Assembly (NCBI GenBank): GCA_951406725.2
Contig: OX597827.1
Span: forward strand, 35,216,001 to 35,280,000
Source: Octopus vulgaris
Taxonomy: Eukaryota
Direction of reading: 5' to 3'
Length of the DNA: 64,000 nt
In this document: piece by piece, positions 38,837-52,375 of the stretch
Layout of the letters: the number at the start of each line of letters is the position of its first letter
Numbering within the stretch: position 1 is the stretch's first letter
Program-made: the position numbers and the translations under genes
Notes under the pieces: generated by a model
What the model was told of the DNA's origin: nothing
The model's input: the letters and a program-made list of their open reading frames with translations, nothing else
Databases searched by the model: none

Positions 38837-40522
38837 TTTCAACATCGTGCTCAGCCGACCAGCCCAGATCAACGAGGAAGCCATCGCACGACTCCCCCAG
38901 GTGCCGACAAACCACGAGCTGGCTGTTCCCCCTGCAGTCGAGGAAGTGAGCAGAGCCATTAAAAAAATGTCCTCCGGCAAAGTTCCAGGCTCTGACGCCA
39001 TCCCTGCAGAGGTGTTCAAGTCGGGCGGCCCCACCATGATCAGTCAGCTCACTAGCCTGTTCCAGTCGATGTGGGACAGGGAACAACTCCCTCAAGATTT
39101 CCGGGACGCAACAATCGTCCACAGGAGAAATGCATGGAGCAGCACCTTGACCTCTGCATGACCTTTGTTGACCTCACCAGGGCTTTCGATACAGTCAGTC
39201 GGGAGAGACTCTGGAAGGTCATCGGAAAATTTGGTTGCCCCATCAAATTTATTGCAATTGTCCACCAGTTCCACGACGGAATGACAGCCAGAGTCCTTGA
39301 AGATGGCAACTCATCTGAAGCCTTCCAGGTGACCAACGGAGTCAGGCAGGGCTGTGTTCTGGCCCCAACACTGTTCAGCATCATGTTCTCGGCAATGCTG
39401 TCCGACGCCTTCAGGGACTGCAAGTCCGGTATCGACATCAAGTACAGGATGGACAGGAAACTTTTCAACTCCAGAAGATTGCAGGCCGTCACAAAGGTCG
39501 TCAGAGACTTTCTCTTTGCTGACGACTGCGCCCTTAACGCAATCGATGAGCAGGAGATGCAGCTCGGGATGGACAGGTTCTCATCAGCCTGTGACAACTT
39601 CGGTCTCACCATCAGTGCCAAGAAAACCGAAGTGATGTTTCAGCCAGCCCCCGGCAAACAATACCATGAGCCTCAGATAAAGGTGAATGGATGGCTCCTA
39701 CGAGCGGTGGAAAACTTTACCTACCTGGGCAGCACTCTCTCCTGCAATGCCAACATAGATGCTGAAATCATCAACAGAATCTCCAAGGCAAGCATCGCGT
39801 TTGGAAGACTGTGAAAGAAAGTCTGGGAGCGGAGAGGAATCAGCCTCAACACCAAGCTGAAAGTCTACTGGGCAGTCGTGCTTACCACCCTACTATATGG
39901 CTGTGAGACATGGACTGCTTACCGAAGGCACAAGCGCCAGATAATCCACTTCCACCTCAGGTGTCTTCGGAACCTCCTTCACATCTGCTGGCAGGACAAA
40001 GTCCCAGACACGGAAGTTATGAAGCAGGCAGATCTCCCTAGCACCATCACGATCATGCGCAAGGCCCAGCTGAGATGGGCAGGCCACATCTCCCGCATGG
40101 CCGACACTCGCATCCCAAAACAGCTCTTCTACGGTGAACTCAGCCAGGGCAAACGCAAAGTCAGAGGGCAGAAGAAGCGCTTCAAGGACAGTCTCAAAGT
40201 CTCTCTCAAAGACTTCTCCATCGGCACAGAGACTTGGGAGACACTTGCTGCCGACCGCTCATCCTGGCGCAGCGCAATCACCACAGGAGCAAAGACAGCT
40301 GAGGAGAGACGGATTCAGTCAGCAGAACAGAAACGCCAGATGCGGAAAGCCAGAGCCACCTGCACCAATAGCACAGCCCCTACCCACTTCTGCCCCACCT
40401 GTGGGAGGGGGCTTTCTTGCCCGGATTGGCCTCACCAGCCACCTCCGGTCTCATAGCAGCAATTCCACCAAATGATGTCAATGATCATCTTCGAACCCGA
40501 AGGACGAACATTATGTCATTAT
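38837..40522 (+). mobile_element. 5'-truncated RTE (BovB-like) LINE with candidate 11-bp TSD
   Basis: GKVPGSDAIPAE, FVDLTRAFDTV, GVRQGCVLAPTLF, FLFADDCAL, FTYLGS, LRWAGH and a C-terminal CPTCG..ARIGLTSHLRSH. tacaatacaca at 38826-38836 and 40523-40533. Frameshifts and an internal stop are present. Confidence 0.92.
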
Positions 40523-40846
40523 TACAATACACAAAATCGATCTCAACACGTGGTAATCCAATTATTTCCATGTATTCCAATAATTTCTTGTTGATTATTC
40601 AAACCAATACCTCGTGAGTGAAATTTGGAAGTTGACGATTTCTGTTCTTTGGGCTGGGCTTGTCCAGTTTTTCATCTCCACTATCTGGCCACCACCTCCG
40701 GAAACTTTAACTGAATCCACTTTGTTGCTGCAGTTATTTTGAATCATGTTTCTCTCATCTGAAGATATAGACAAACAGAAATGGGGCATCTCAAGATAAC
40801 CTTTTGTTAATCTCAGATTTGATAAAAGTCCTGGGAGCTGATTATA

Positions 40847-40889
<43 letters not shown>

Positions 40890-42020
40890 GCTCACATACA
40901 TAGGTATATATGAAGTAATATAGATAGATTTCCGAAAGTTCTCTCCACACTCCCCAGGCTCATTTGCGCAAATTTTTTTTGTCGTATTCGTTTTCTACAC
41001 AGGGGTGAAGATATTTATGTTAACCTCACAGACACACACGCATGTATATGTATTACATATATAGATGATAACTTGCATATATTTCGGCCAAAGACTGACC
41101 TAGGCATTGTCTAACTTTATAGCATCACCTGAGAGTCATTTTAAAGCAAAGTTTTGTAGTATCATGGGTCCGTTCAACTAGGGAATTGCTTGTATGTATG
41201 TATAGTGTGTGTGTGTGAATATGTGTTTATATCCATAACCATTAGTCCAGCAATATACATTCTGTTTTGCCTATGGGCTCATTGGAAACTAAGGAACAAA
41301 TATTTAGGAAGAGTATAATGTATGACAAGGAGGAAATGAAGACAAGGGTAATCACTTCCCGGAATACATTTATACATATATATGTATGTACGTAGCCACG
41401 CGCGCACACAGTATTCGATAGTTGTTTAGTAGCAGGTCAGCCTGATAGAGCAAACCAATGCTCACAAGCGTTCCAGCCGTGACTTTCTCGTCTTTAAATT
41501 TTCACACATTCATATTCAAAGTTTTCAAGATTGTATAATAACGTAAGAGATATTCGACTGCTGCTTCTTGCAGATCAGCGACCGCCTAGCACAGAGAAAG
41601 GGAACCTCCTCACCTTTAAATTTGAAATGTCCTCTTGGTTCTCTAAAATTTCCGGTATGCTGTATTTTAGGGAGTACCCGAAACCCATATGGAAAAAAAG
41701 GTTGCTTAAACTTTGAGCCTAAAGAGTATATTTAATATAAGTAGGCACCGTAAGTTGTATACCCATGAACTGTAACAATAAAGAATCATTACTTTTTTCA
41801 ATATATATATTCCCTTAATTTGTTGTATACTTACGATTCGCTCATGGGATATTAAAACGGTTTTACACCCTAGTCTAAAAGTTCCCACTGTGGCTTAATG
41901 TGTTAACTTTGTTTAACAGAAAATTTTCCATCATGAGTTATTTCTCTTTATTGTTAAATTCCTCTGCAAATGTGAAGAACTGTTAGAGCGTTATATATAT
42001 ATATATATGTATGTATGTAT

Positions 42021-42890
42021 GTGAGTCGTCTAAAAGACCGTAAGTCAGGGAAAAGACGCACTCGTATATCTGTCAATACTGTGGGTATATTATCTGAAAT
42101 GTATAGTGCTAAATATCCATCACAGCTGGTCTTACCAGTCGGTTTTGCATAAAGAATACAATGGGGTGTTAGACAACAATCTGATTATATAACTTTACGC
42201 TCATCAGAGTTAGGCGATAAGGAAGGGGTGACTGCTCTTTTTTGTGTGTGTGGAAACTCCCTGAATTTAAGCCCAAAATGTTGTTTTCATTGGTGGTTTG
42301 GGTTGGTCAAAGTAAAAAGCCTTCCTTCTCATGCTCCTGATCAGTTCAATTATTTTTCTCCAGCAGCATCCTTATATAAAGTTTGTTCAGGGGTGTTGGG
42401 ATATTCTTTATTGAATATTGTAATATTCCAAATCCATTTGTAAAAGATGTATAAAAAATATAATCTTTGATGACTATGAAGAGTGGAACACTGGTGAAAT
42501 TAGCTACATGGCACAAGCCGTGAAGGACCTATTGCAATATGTTCTACATTATGTGGCAGCGTGTGCATAACGTGCATGAGTCATCTAAGCAACCGTAAGT
42601 CAGGGAAAAAAATGCACTCATATGCGTGTCAGTAGAGTGGGTTTATTATCCGAAATGTATAGTATTAAATATCCAGGGTGTGTTAGGTAACAAACTGTTT
42701 ATATAACTTTATGCTCATCAGAGTTAGCTGATATGGAAGGGAATATGGCACCATATTCCCTTCCATATCAGCTAACTTTAATGAGCCTTATATAATTGGT
42801 TTGATACCTAACACTATTGTATTCTTTACTTGAAGCCAATTAGTAAGACCAGCCATGATGGATATTTAATGGTATATATTTTGGATTATA
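42021..42890 (-). mobile_element. Penelope-like remnant: two direct pseudo-LTRs around an ORF N-terminus plus an inverted third copy
   Basis: Repeats at 42021-42227 and 42577-42748, inverted copy at 42751-42890. Between the direct copies: QYSIKNIPTPLNKLYIRMLLEK/IIELIRSMRRKAFYF. Confidence 0.75.
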
Positions 42891-44224
42891 CATATATGGA
42901 TCAAAGCTGTTTGATTCAAACTCCTTGGTACTCTGAGTGTCAAATGTGTTGCTCATTTTTGACCATTGGTGTCTGAATTCAGATCCATACATACATGTAA
43001 CTCCCAAAAGTGTTTTGAGTGCCCCTCTCTCATTTGTCTACTTACTGGTGTGTATGTATGTATATGTATATATATATATATTGATTTAAAAGTTTGACAA
43101 AAAGCCAGCAAGTTGGGGGTAAAGGTGCTCAACTTTGGTTATTTTGTTGACTCCAAAAGGATGAAAAGCAAAGTCAATTACAGTAGAAATTGAACTCAGA
43201 ATGTTATCCTGGCATGCTAACGGTTCTACCAGCCCATAGATGTGTTACTCACTTTTAGTATTTGGGTTGCAGCCATGCTGGGGCACCACCATGAAGGAAT
43301 TTGGTCAAATAGATTGACCCCAGTACTTATTAAGCCTGATGTTCTGTTGTTCTCTTTGTTGAACTGCAAGTTATGAGAACATAAATAAACCAACACTGGT
43401 TGTCAAGCAGTCAGCTGAAAGACAAGATGCCACGCAATGGGACTGAACCTGAAACAATTTAGATACAATAGCTTCTTAATTGATACTGCCATGCTTTTTT
43501 CCCCCCAAATTCTGGTTTTTGGGATTTTTCAGAAAATTTTTGCGAATATGTGTTCTACACATGGAAATTCATACGATTATGTGAATATAATTTTTTCATT
43601 TTTAAACCTGCCTCCCATAAATCTTGAAATTTCCACTTTTTTTAACATTTAAAAAAAAATCTGTGTATAATTTCAAAATAATATTGATGCAGGCAGGGGG
43701 GTAAAAATTTAAATTACAAAAAGTTTTGTTTTTTTTACTTAAATCCCAGCAATTGAGCATCATTATTTTATTAAATGTATTAATGAGAAGAAAATTATTG
43801 AAAAACCTCAATACATGCTAGAGGGACAAAGAAACAAGGAAGGTGGTCATGGGATGATCTAAAAACAACTGCTAAATACCCCTTAATTTACACACCTTTT
43901 TGTATGAAAATTATTTTAAAATTATAAACAGAAACAACTGGTAGATTCAGACAGTCTTTATTTTAAAACTACAATTAAAAGATAAAAGTTTGAAAAAGAG
44001 TGGAATTTTTAAGGTTTATAAAGGGGTGGGTGTTTCAAAAATTTTTTTAATACTTTTTTGCATAATTATATGAATTCCCATGTGTAGTGCGCAAAAATTT
44101 CTGTATGACACAAAAATTAGTACAAGACCAGCAAGTGATTATATTGACCCCCAATGCTCAACTGGTTCTTTTTTTATTGGCCCTGAAAGAATGAAAGACA
44201 AAGTTAACCTCGACAGAATTTGAA

Positions 44225-44603
44225 CTGAGGGAACACGTGAAGGTGAGAGATCCGGGAAGACATGGGATGAAATACAGAAGAATGACCTTTCAGATGAAAT
44301 CACAAATGACTGAGAGACCTGGCACTTTACTGTACTCAAGAAGACCCATACCACACATAAGCAGTGATAAGGCCACTCTCCCTGGTGAAGATGATTAACT
44401 GCACGGGTGCCATGTAAAAGCGCTCGTATGGTGCTACATAAAAGCACCCAGCACACACTGTAAAGGGGTTGGTGTTTGGAAGGGCATCCAGCCATAGAAA
44501 TCATACCAAATCAGACTGGAGCCTAGTGCAGCTCTCCAGCTTGTCAGCTCTGGTCAACCCATGCCAGCATGAACAATGGACATTATATCATGATGATGAT
44601 GAT
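44225..44603 (+). mobile_element. RTE LINE 3' end with (ATG)n tail
   Basis: Same family as 46918-47500 (gaagacatgggatga.., aagggcatccagcc, atgatgatgat). Confidence 0.6.
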
Positions 44604-45244
44604 AAATCCAAAGATAGACAAAATGTCTCTAAGCATCTTGGCTGGCGTGCCTACAATTCTGCTAGCTACCCTTAACTGAAGGATAGCATCTGATTGCTAG
44701 TGTCCACAATTTTAGCTTGTTTGAGAAATGAAAAACTGAAACTTTTATTATTTTCTTGTCTGTGAGTTGAAACATCTTTATGGATAAAAGGTGCAAGGCT
44801 ACCATGAATTGTTCAAGTTGATCAGCAACATAAGCACATTGTAATTTTGGGGATGAAAATTACTAACCACCGGCAATTTGGTTCAGTTGTTATTTTTAGC
44901 AGCTCTAGCTTAAATTCATTTAATGTTTGTGTTGTATAGAGAAGAGCTTTTACTTAATAGCAAAAGTGAAGTGGGTAAAAAGCACAAATAAAACAAGGGA
45001 AAAAGAAGATAATAGTAGGGAGTTAAAAAGATGGAATTTTGAAGAATTATTTTTGTGACAAACATTAATAAATGCCTGAAAGAGGTGATGGAGAGGAAGA
45101 GAGTTAGAAAATTTTGAAAAACATGGATGTTTAAAAAAATTTTTTACTTTAAATATAAATTACATGTGCTTCACAGTGTGTAATATTATAATCTAGCACT
45201 ATGACCTGGCAACGCCGGGCCATAGTGCTAGCATCAGTCATAGC

Positions 45245-45469
45245 ACCAGCATCGGTTGTCAAGCAATGTTGGGGGGACAAACATATACACACACATACAT
45301 ATATACGACGGGCTTCTTTCAGTTTCCGTCTACCAAATCCACTCACAAGGCTTTGGTCAGCCCAAGGCTATAGTAGAAGACACTTGCCCAAGGTGCTACG
45401 TAGTGGAACTGAACCCGAAACCATGTGGTTGGTAAGCAAGCTACTTACCACACAGCCACTCCTATGCCT
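45245..45469 (-). mobile_element. SINE family 1, 5' half
   Basis: Reverse complement of the head region. Confidence 0.85.
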
Positions 45470-46189
45470 ATATTATCTACAAAATTCTTAAAAATTCCAA
45501 TTCCAATTTGAATTTTAATTAAAAACTGTTTTTCAAGATTTTTTTTTATTCTTGAAGATTCAAGCATATGCTTAAATCACAAAGCATTTTCTTATTTACT
45601 ATTATCAGTCACAAAACAAACTTTATATTTATTGTAGCATAGGCTTGTCTATCTCTCTCACTCTCTACTGTTTTCATTTAAGATAAGTGATTACAAAGTT
45701 CTGTTTAGCTACTGGGAAAATATCTACAAAATATTTTTACATTATATCGATCACTTGCATCTATTGTTTGGTTTAACATGTTTTCAAGGTCTTCCTCTCT
45801 TTAGTCTTCATTCATAACCCTCACCACTTCTTTGCATTTGAAACATTTTATCTTTCACGGAACATCCTGGCATCTTCACTTTCTTCCTTTGCAATGCTGC
45901 TTCTCTCTCTTTCTCCTTTTTTTTAAGATCTTCCTTCATGTGGTCTTTATCATTCTCTCTCTCTCTCTCTCTCTTTTTCTCACACACACACTTCATTCAA
46001 TAACTGGCACATTTCAAGAAATGAAGAATGTGAGAAAATTACATTCAAAAATAAGTTATTTCATTGCATACACAGGTAAGTTTGTATGAGTGTATGATAT
46101 ATATATATATGTATGTATATATATGTTTGTGTATATATATATATATATGTTAATAAAATATATGCATATATATAAACATATATGTACGT

Positions 46190-46900
46190 ACCTACCTCTA
46201 CATGTACATATACACGCATATATGTGTACAGGACACCAAAAAGACGTCGAACACATAGAGAGACGAAAAACATAGACACAAACCAAGGAACAAGACAGGC
46301 AAAAAAAAAAGGAGAGACAGGACAATAAGCACAACGAAAAATCCCCTTCTTCAGTCGCTAAAGTTTCATCTACTAAACGTTTCGAAGGATAAAAGCGAGA
46401 CGTAATACTTCGAATGAAAAATTCCTTCCTGCGAAAAGCAAATCAATTAAAATTCTGAGATCTTGTCGCAGAGGGGTAAAAAAAAAAAAAAAAAAAAAAA
46501 TGCAAGACGGTAACGACAGTACAAACATATAAACAGTAAAATATATATATATAAACAGTGGAAAAATAAATATATAACAGTGAGAGACAGGACAAGGAGA
46601 ACAAGATAAGAAGGGCTGTTAACGCCAGACGAAAAAAGTATTGCAAACGCTGGATTATAGTGGACGACGAGAGAGGAAAATGTCGACCAGTGGCCTTAGA
46701 AGGCGGGCGAGAAAGGACGGGATAGCAGTTACGACGGAAGTACGTCGCAGATGGACGACGGGAATGGGGAAGGAGGAGCAAGAGGAAGAGAGAGAAGGGG
46801 AATGGTGCGAGGAGACCATGAAGAACAGTGAGGGGGAGAGAGAGAGGAAGAGACAAGTTAAGTGAGGGAAAAAAGACGGAAAAGGGAATGGGAGAGAAAG
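46190..46900 (-). mobile_element. Probable Penelope-type terminal fragment between (TA)n tracts
   Basis: CpG-retaining, purine-rich block with the same layout as 27640-28440; its core motif is shared with 36865-37030. Confidence 0.45.
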
Positions 46901-46917
46901 AATATATATATATATAA

Positions 46918-47500
46918 TCATTTAACGTCCACTCTCCATGCTGGTATGGGTTAGACAGTTTGACTGGAGCTGGAGAGCTGCCTCAAGTTCCAATCTGATT
47001 TGGCATGGTTTCTCTAGCAGGATGCTCTTCTTAACACCAGCAGCAATCACAACTCATGGGTGTAATTTACATGGTACCATCAACATCTACGACTACAATG
47101 CATAGCTGTCATTTATATGGCACAGGCAGCAACCAAGACTATGAATCATGGGTGCCATTTACATGAGACCAGCACAGGCCACAACTACGATTTCACTTGA
47201 CCTGATGAATCTTGTCACACGCAGCATATTGCCAGAGCTCTTCGTCACTTATTATCACCTCTGTGAGGCCCAAGTTTGAAGATCATGCTTCACTACCTCG
47301 TCCCATATCTTCTTGAATCTACCTCTTCCACAAGTTCCCTCCACAGTTAGAGACTGGCACTTCTTTACACAGCTGTCCTCATCCATAAGCATCACATGAC
47401 CATATCAACGCAATTGTCTCTCTTTGCACACCTCATCTGATGCCTCTTATGCCCAGCTTTTCTCTCAAGACACACTGTTGTACATGCACAGTGACATTGC
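46918..47500 (-). mobile_element. RTE LINE 3' end
   Basis: ERQLR*YGHVMLMDEDSCVKKCQSLTVEGTCGRGRFKKIWDEVVKHDL, then the 3' UTR. Confidence 0.8.
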
Positions 47501-49182
47501 CACACAACCACTCCTACACATACACATATATATACATACATACACATAAACACAACAGACTTTCAGTTTCTTTCTACCAAATTCACTTACAAGACTTTGG
47601 TTGACCTATCACTATAGTTTAAGACACTTAAAGTACTGGAATTGACTTGTTCAACTAAAACCCTTGGAGGTGGTGTTTCCACCATGGCTGCAGTCCAATA
47701 TTGGGAACAAGTAAAAGACAAAGGATACACACACACACGTGTGTGTGTGTGTGTACTTGACAACTTGGCTTATGTCCTACATAACTTAACCTGGTACTTA
47801 TTTTATTGATCCTGAAAGGATTTTACCCTGTGTACTAATGATTTTACCTGCTTGCTGCCTTAGTAATATATGAAATATAATGATATTATGAATGGTCAAA
47901 GATCTGCATATCAATCTTAACTCCAAAAAAGAGACTAGCATTGACTTCTGGTATATTGATGACCAATGTCAACCTAAGGGCATATTAACAGTAAACTTAA
48001 AAAGGGTCACTATAGATGAAGCCATTCCTAAAAAGGAGGTGTTGGGTTTATTGTGAAATCTTATGTTTTTATTATTGTTTACCTCCAGGTCAGACTAAAG
48101 ACATTCCAATCATGGCCATCCTATCTTTTTAGGGCTGTGTAGGACTACATTCCCTAATGCTTCCATCTCTCTATATTTAACCCTTTAGTATTCAGATTAT
48201 TCCGTCAAATGTAATGTTTATTTATTGACCTTGTTTTGAATTAATCATGCATTATCTCATATCTTCAAGATTTCAATGATGTGATTGCATATTTTTAGAA
48301 TGGCATTGAAGGGTAGATGCAAGAGGCTGGATGACTGGTTTGAACATTAGACAGGTTGAATATTTGGGCTAGATATGGTTGGTTCAAATGCTAAGGGGTT
48401 AAAACAGTTGGGTGTTATTTAAGGCTGTTTCAGCAGCTATTTTTAACAAATTGAGTAACCACGAGAGGTTCTCTCAACAGCTCAACAAAATCTTGGTTTA
48501 GAAAGTTATGTTTCTCCAGCATGTGAAATTATGTTAAATTGAAAATGCTTTCAAATATTTTGTTCAAAGTCAGCAAATTTTAGGCAGAGAGAACAAAATA
48601 AAGTACCAGTCAAGTACTGGTATTGATGTAATTGAGTGATTTAAAAAAATTTTATTGACCTTGAAAGGGGGAAAGGCAAAGCCATCTGCAGTAACATTTG
48701 AAGTCAAAATGTTAGTCAGAAATGTTGCTAAGCATTTTGTCCAGCATGGTAAGGATTCTCCCAGCTCACCACCTTTGGCACAATGCTAACAATTGTGAGG
48801 GCAAGGTGTGAAGCACACTGATTACATTGACGACCCCAACATTTGACTGGTGCTTTATTTTATTGATTCCGATGAAGTATGAAGCAATGTTGACCTCAGC
48901 AGGATTTGAATTCAAGACTGTAAGGATATAGAAGACATGATACTAAGCATGTTCACTGACTTGCTAACCATTCTACCATCTTGCTACTTAAAACTAAACT
49001 GATAATAAAGGTGATGTATATTAGTTATTGAGTAAATTCAGATTCTGAAACCTTTTAACTTTGAAGTTTAGCCTTTTATAGATGATTATGATTATAATGA
49101 GATGAGATAAAATATAAATTTCTCTATGTATTAATTTTTTTCTTTTTCCAGATAATAAAGTTTTTATGAAGACCTAAGTGAC

Positions 49183-50628
49183 ATGATGGATATGCATAGA
49201 AATAAGAAGGACTGCCCTATTCACACTGGCGATTTATACCACCACAAGACGCAGGAGATGAGAACTGCTGATGGAGCTTCTGAGAAACATTTGCCAAGTT
49301 CCAGAGATGTTATGGGTACTTCTCATGTTGATGTTGCACAATCTTGTCCCAGTGAAATGTACAAAGTTGCTGTCCCTGTCCGAACAATTCTTCCCAACCC
49401 CAAGAAATCTCTACTGCCGTCTGATAAACCCTTCTCCTGTGATGTCTGTGGTAAAAAATTTGCACGATTCAATATTTTGCAGAATCACAAAAAACTACAT
49501 TCAGTACATAATCCCACTGTTGGTGCCTTGCAACCTAGTGAAAAGCCATTTTTCTATGACATCAGCAATAACTTTGGTGCTCCAACCCATCATCACACTC
49601 ATGCACCACACACCGCACATGCTCCATTTGTTCCATCTTGGGACCTTGTCGAAATGCACAAGTTAGCTTATGAACGTATGCAGGCAGCAAATGCATCAAC
49701 CTCTGAAACGCTCTCTGGCTCTGAATCTAAGTACCCTCCACTTGCAGAACTGTATCCCACACTACCATCATCTACTCAGTCTAACTCTCGTGGTGAACGC
49801 TCACATGATTTCTTAACATTCCGTGACAATATGGGGACCTCACATGAGACTGTCACTTCTCCAAATTCAGCCCCAATCATTACTCCTTATCCAACAGATT
49901 CTCCTTCAAATAATCATTTCAATTGTGTGCCTTCTTCTGTCTCTGAAAAATCCTTTGTCTGTGACATCTGCAAAAAGTGCTTTGCTCGACGTGATACACT
50001 GCAATGTCATAGAAGAATTCATGACAACGAGAAACCATTTGGTTGTGAGATTTGCGGTAAGAAGTTTTCTCGACGGGACAAACTCCAGTCTCACCTGCGT
50101 GTGCATTCAGGTGAGAGGCCATTTCCTTGCAATATCTGTGGGAAAGCATTTGCTCAGTCAGACAAGCTCAAGTGCCATATTCGCACACACACAGGTGAGA
50201 AACCCCATCCGTGTGACCTGTGCCCTAAAAGATTTGCAAGGAGGGATACCCTCCAGTGTCATAGGCGGACTCATACCGGTGAGAAACCGTTCATGTGTGA
50301 CACATGTGAAAAGCGATTTTCACGTCGGGACAAACTGACATGCCACAGGCGTGTTCACACAGGCGAGAAGCCATTTGGATGTGAAGTCTGTGGCAAGCAG
50401 TTTGCTCGTTCTGATAAGTTGCACCGACACAAACGTACCCATGACCCAACAAAAATAAAATCTTTACTTTCAATTCCAACTTCTGATGGTAACAACAGCA
50501 GCCAAACTGAAAACCTATCTCCATTGAACAAAACTCTTTACTCTCAACAAGCACTTGCCTCTGTACTCCCTACAGCTAAAGATTACTCATCTATGAGTAC
50601 CAACATTTGGCAATCACTCTTTATTTGA
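49183..50628 (+). CDS. C2H2 zinc-finger transcription factor (1 isolated + 6 tandem fingers), 481 aa, single coding exon
   Basis: Intact ORF with CxxC-x12-HxxxH fingers and TGEKP-type linkers. The strong acceptor ttttttttctttttccag at 49151 implies an upstream non-coding exon. Confidence 0.95.
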   Translation: MMDMHRNKKDCPIHTGDLYHHKTQEMRTADGASEKHLPSSRDVMGTSHVDVAQSCPSEMYKVAVPVRTILPNPKKSLLPSDKPFSCDVCGKKFARFNILQNHKKLHSVHNPTVGALQPSEKPFFYDISNNFGAPTHHHTHAPHTAHAPFVPSWDLVEMHKLAYERMQAANASTSETLSGSESKYPPLAELYPTLPSSTQSNSRGERSHDFLTFRDNMGTSHETVTSPNSAPIITPYPTDSPSNNHFNCVPSSVSEKSFVCDICKKCFARRDTLQCHRRIHDNEKPFGCEICGKKFSRRDKLQSHLRVHSGERPFPCNICGKAFAQSDKLKCHIRTHTGEKPHPCDLCPKRFARRDTLQCHRRTHTGEKPFMCDTCEKRFSRRDKLTCHRRVHTGEKPFGCEVCGKQFARSDKLHRHKRTHDPTKIKSLLSIPTSDGNNSSQTENLSPLNKTLYSQQALASVLPTAKDYSSMSTNIWQSLFI

Positions 50629-52375
50629 TAAAATATCTTGCTCATCATCCTGTTTGAATGTCTTGTGTTCTTCTTCTCCCCCCCCCCCGCATCTCTCTCT
50701 CTAGCTTTCTACATAGCTACCACCAATGGTGACACACTTCTCCCATCACTTTATGCAGCTGCGAAGACCTTGTCTGTAGAAGTTGTTAGGTTGCATCTGG
50801 GGCCAAAACTTTACTTTGGAAGTGAATTTATCATTATCCAAAAAGTGCTTCCCCTTCAAAAAAGACTTCATGGTTGGAAAGAGGTGGAAGTCAGGTGGTA
50901 GTCATATATATTTAAATCTCCATCTACAATCTATAACTCATAGAGCTGTAGGTGCACAACAGTATAGTATTTCAGTGTGTCTCAGGTCACCTGGTTTTGC
51001 CTGTTGGTTCCCCAAACAGTTCTGTAAACTGGGTGGTTTTCTATGTTTTGTCAACAACCATCTGATCATGAGACACCTCATATTGAATTACTGGGTGCTT
51101 GTACCAGGTAGTACGTGAACTGACCATATTTTCAAATCTGTAAACTTTTAAAATTCTACCATTTCATACTACTTTCCACTGACGTTTTCACATCTAAAGT
51201 CTGTAGGAGCTTCTATGCTGTTGCTCAAATTTCTCCTTGATCAAACCCTATCATAAAAAAAGGGAAGGACACATGAGATACTGTAGTCTCTTTTATACAA
51301 GATGGCAGTCAGGCTTTTATTTTAATCCTTTAATATTCAAACTGGCCTATTCAGGCCCAAATAATCCACCTGTTTTATGTTCAAACTGACCAGATCAGGT
51401 CTCTTACACCTACCCTACAATGTCATTCTAAAAGTAAGCAATCACAATCAAAATCTCAATGCATAATTAATTCAAAACAATATGAATAAACATTACATTT
51501 GATTGAGTAATCTGAATGCTTTAGGGTCAAAGTGCCATTGTCTATTCACAGCAACATTCAAGGTTAATCTCATAATGGGTGCTACAGAATTCTAAAACCC
51601 TGTTGAACCAAATATTCAAACCCAAGACTGATTTGTAATTTGCTACTCATTTTACATTGCTCAAAATTTTAAGGCCAGGCATGACTTTATAGCATGATAA
51701 TGTTCACTCTACAATTGCATGGTTCCAGGTTTCATCCTGCTACTTGGATCTTTGAGAAATATCTTCTACCGTAGTTTGGAAAAAACATGTCTGGCCATGG
51801 GAAAATATAACCTTGCTTGGAAACAGTTGAGGGTTAGCAACAGTAAGGGCATCCAGCTGTAGAAAATCTGCCTCAACAATCTCTGATCAACTCATGTAAG
51901 CATAAAATAGGGAACGTTAAAATGATAATGATGATATACATACAATCACAGGGTCGTGTGTTTGATTAATAGACCAAATGCCCAGGGCTAGACACTTCAT
52001 TTCATGTTGCTCCAGTCTACTCAGCCAACTACTGCTGCTGCACTCTATCCAGCTGTCTCATTTAGGAAGTGATGGTGGGTTAAGGATTTCTGTGTCTGCT
52101 TGTGACCACCTAGGCCCTAAAGTAATTTGCAAAAGTATGGTACATTCTGCAAAGTTATCCTCGATTCTGAGTGATGGTCATAGTATCTGTGTTTGTGTAC
52201 TGATTGTATGAATATATATCATTATTAAAAATAAAAATGTTATTTATTTACATCAGTGATTCTCAACCATTTTTTTTTTTTTTTTGCATATGGAACCACA
52301 TTAGTTCCTATTTTACTCAGGTAGGCCTTCATAACCATTCCATGCTCAAAAACTATTGTATTTTTATATCAAATA

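Noticed and set aside
49271-50554. Overlapping alternative-frame and antisense ORFs within the ZNF gene
   Set aside because: Shadows of the main ORF with no recognisable motifs.
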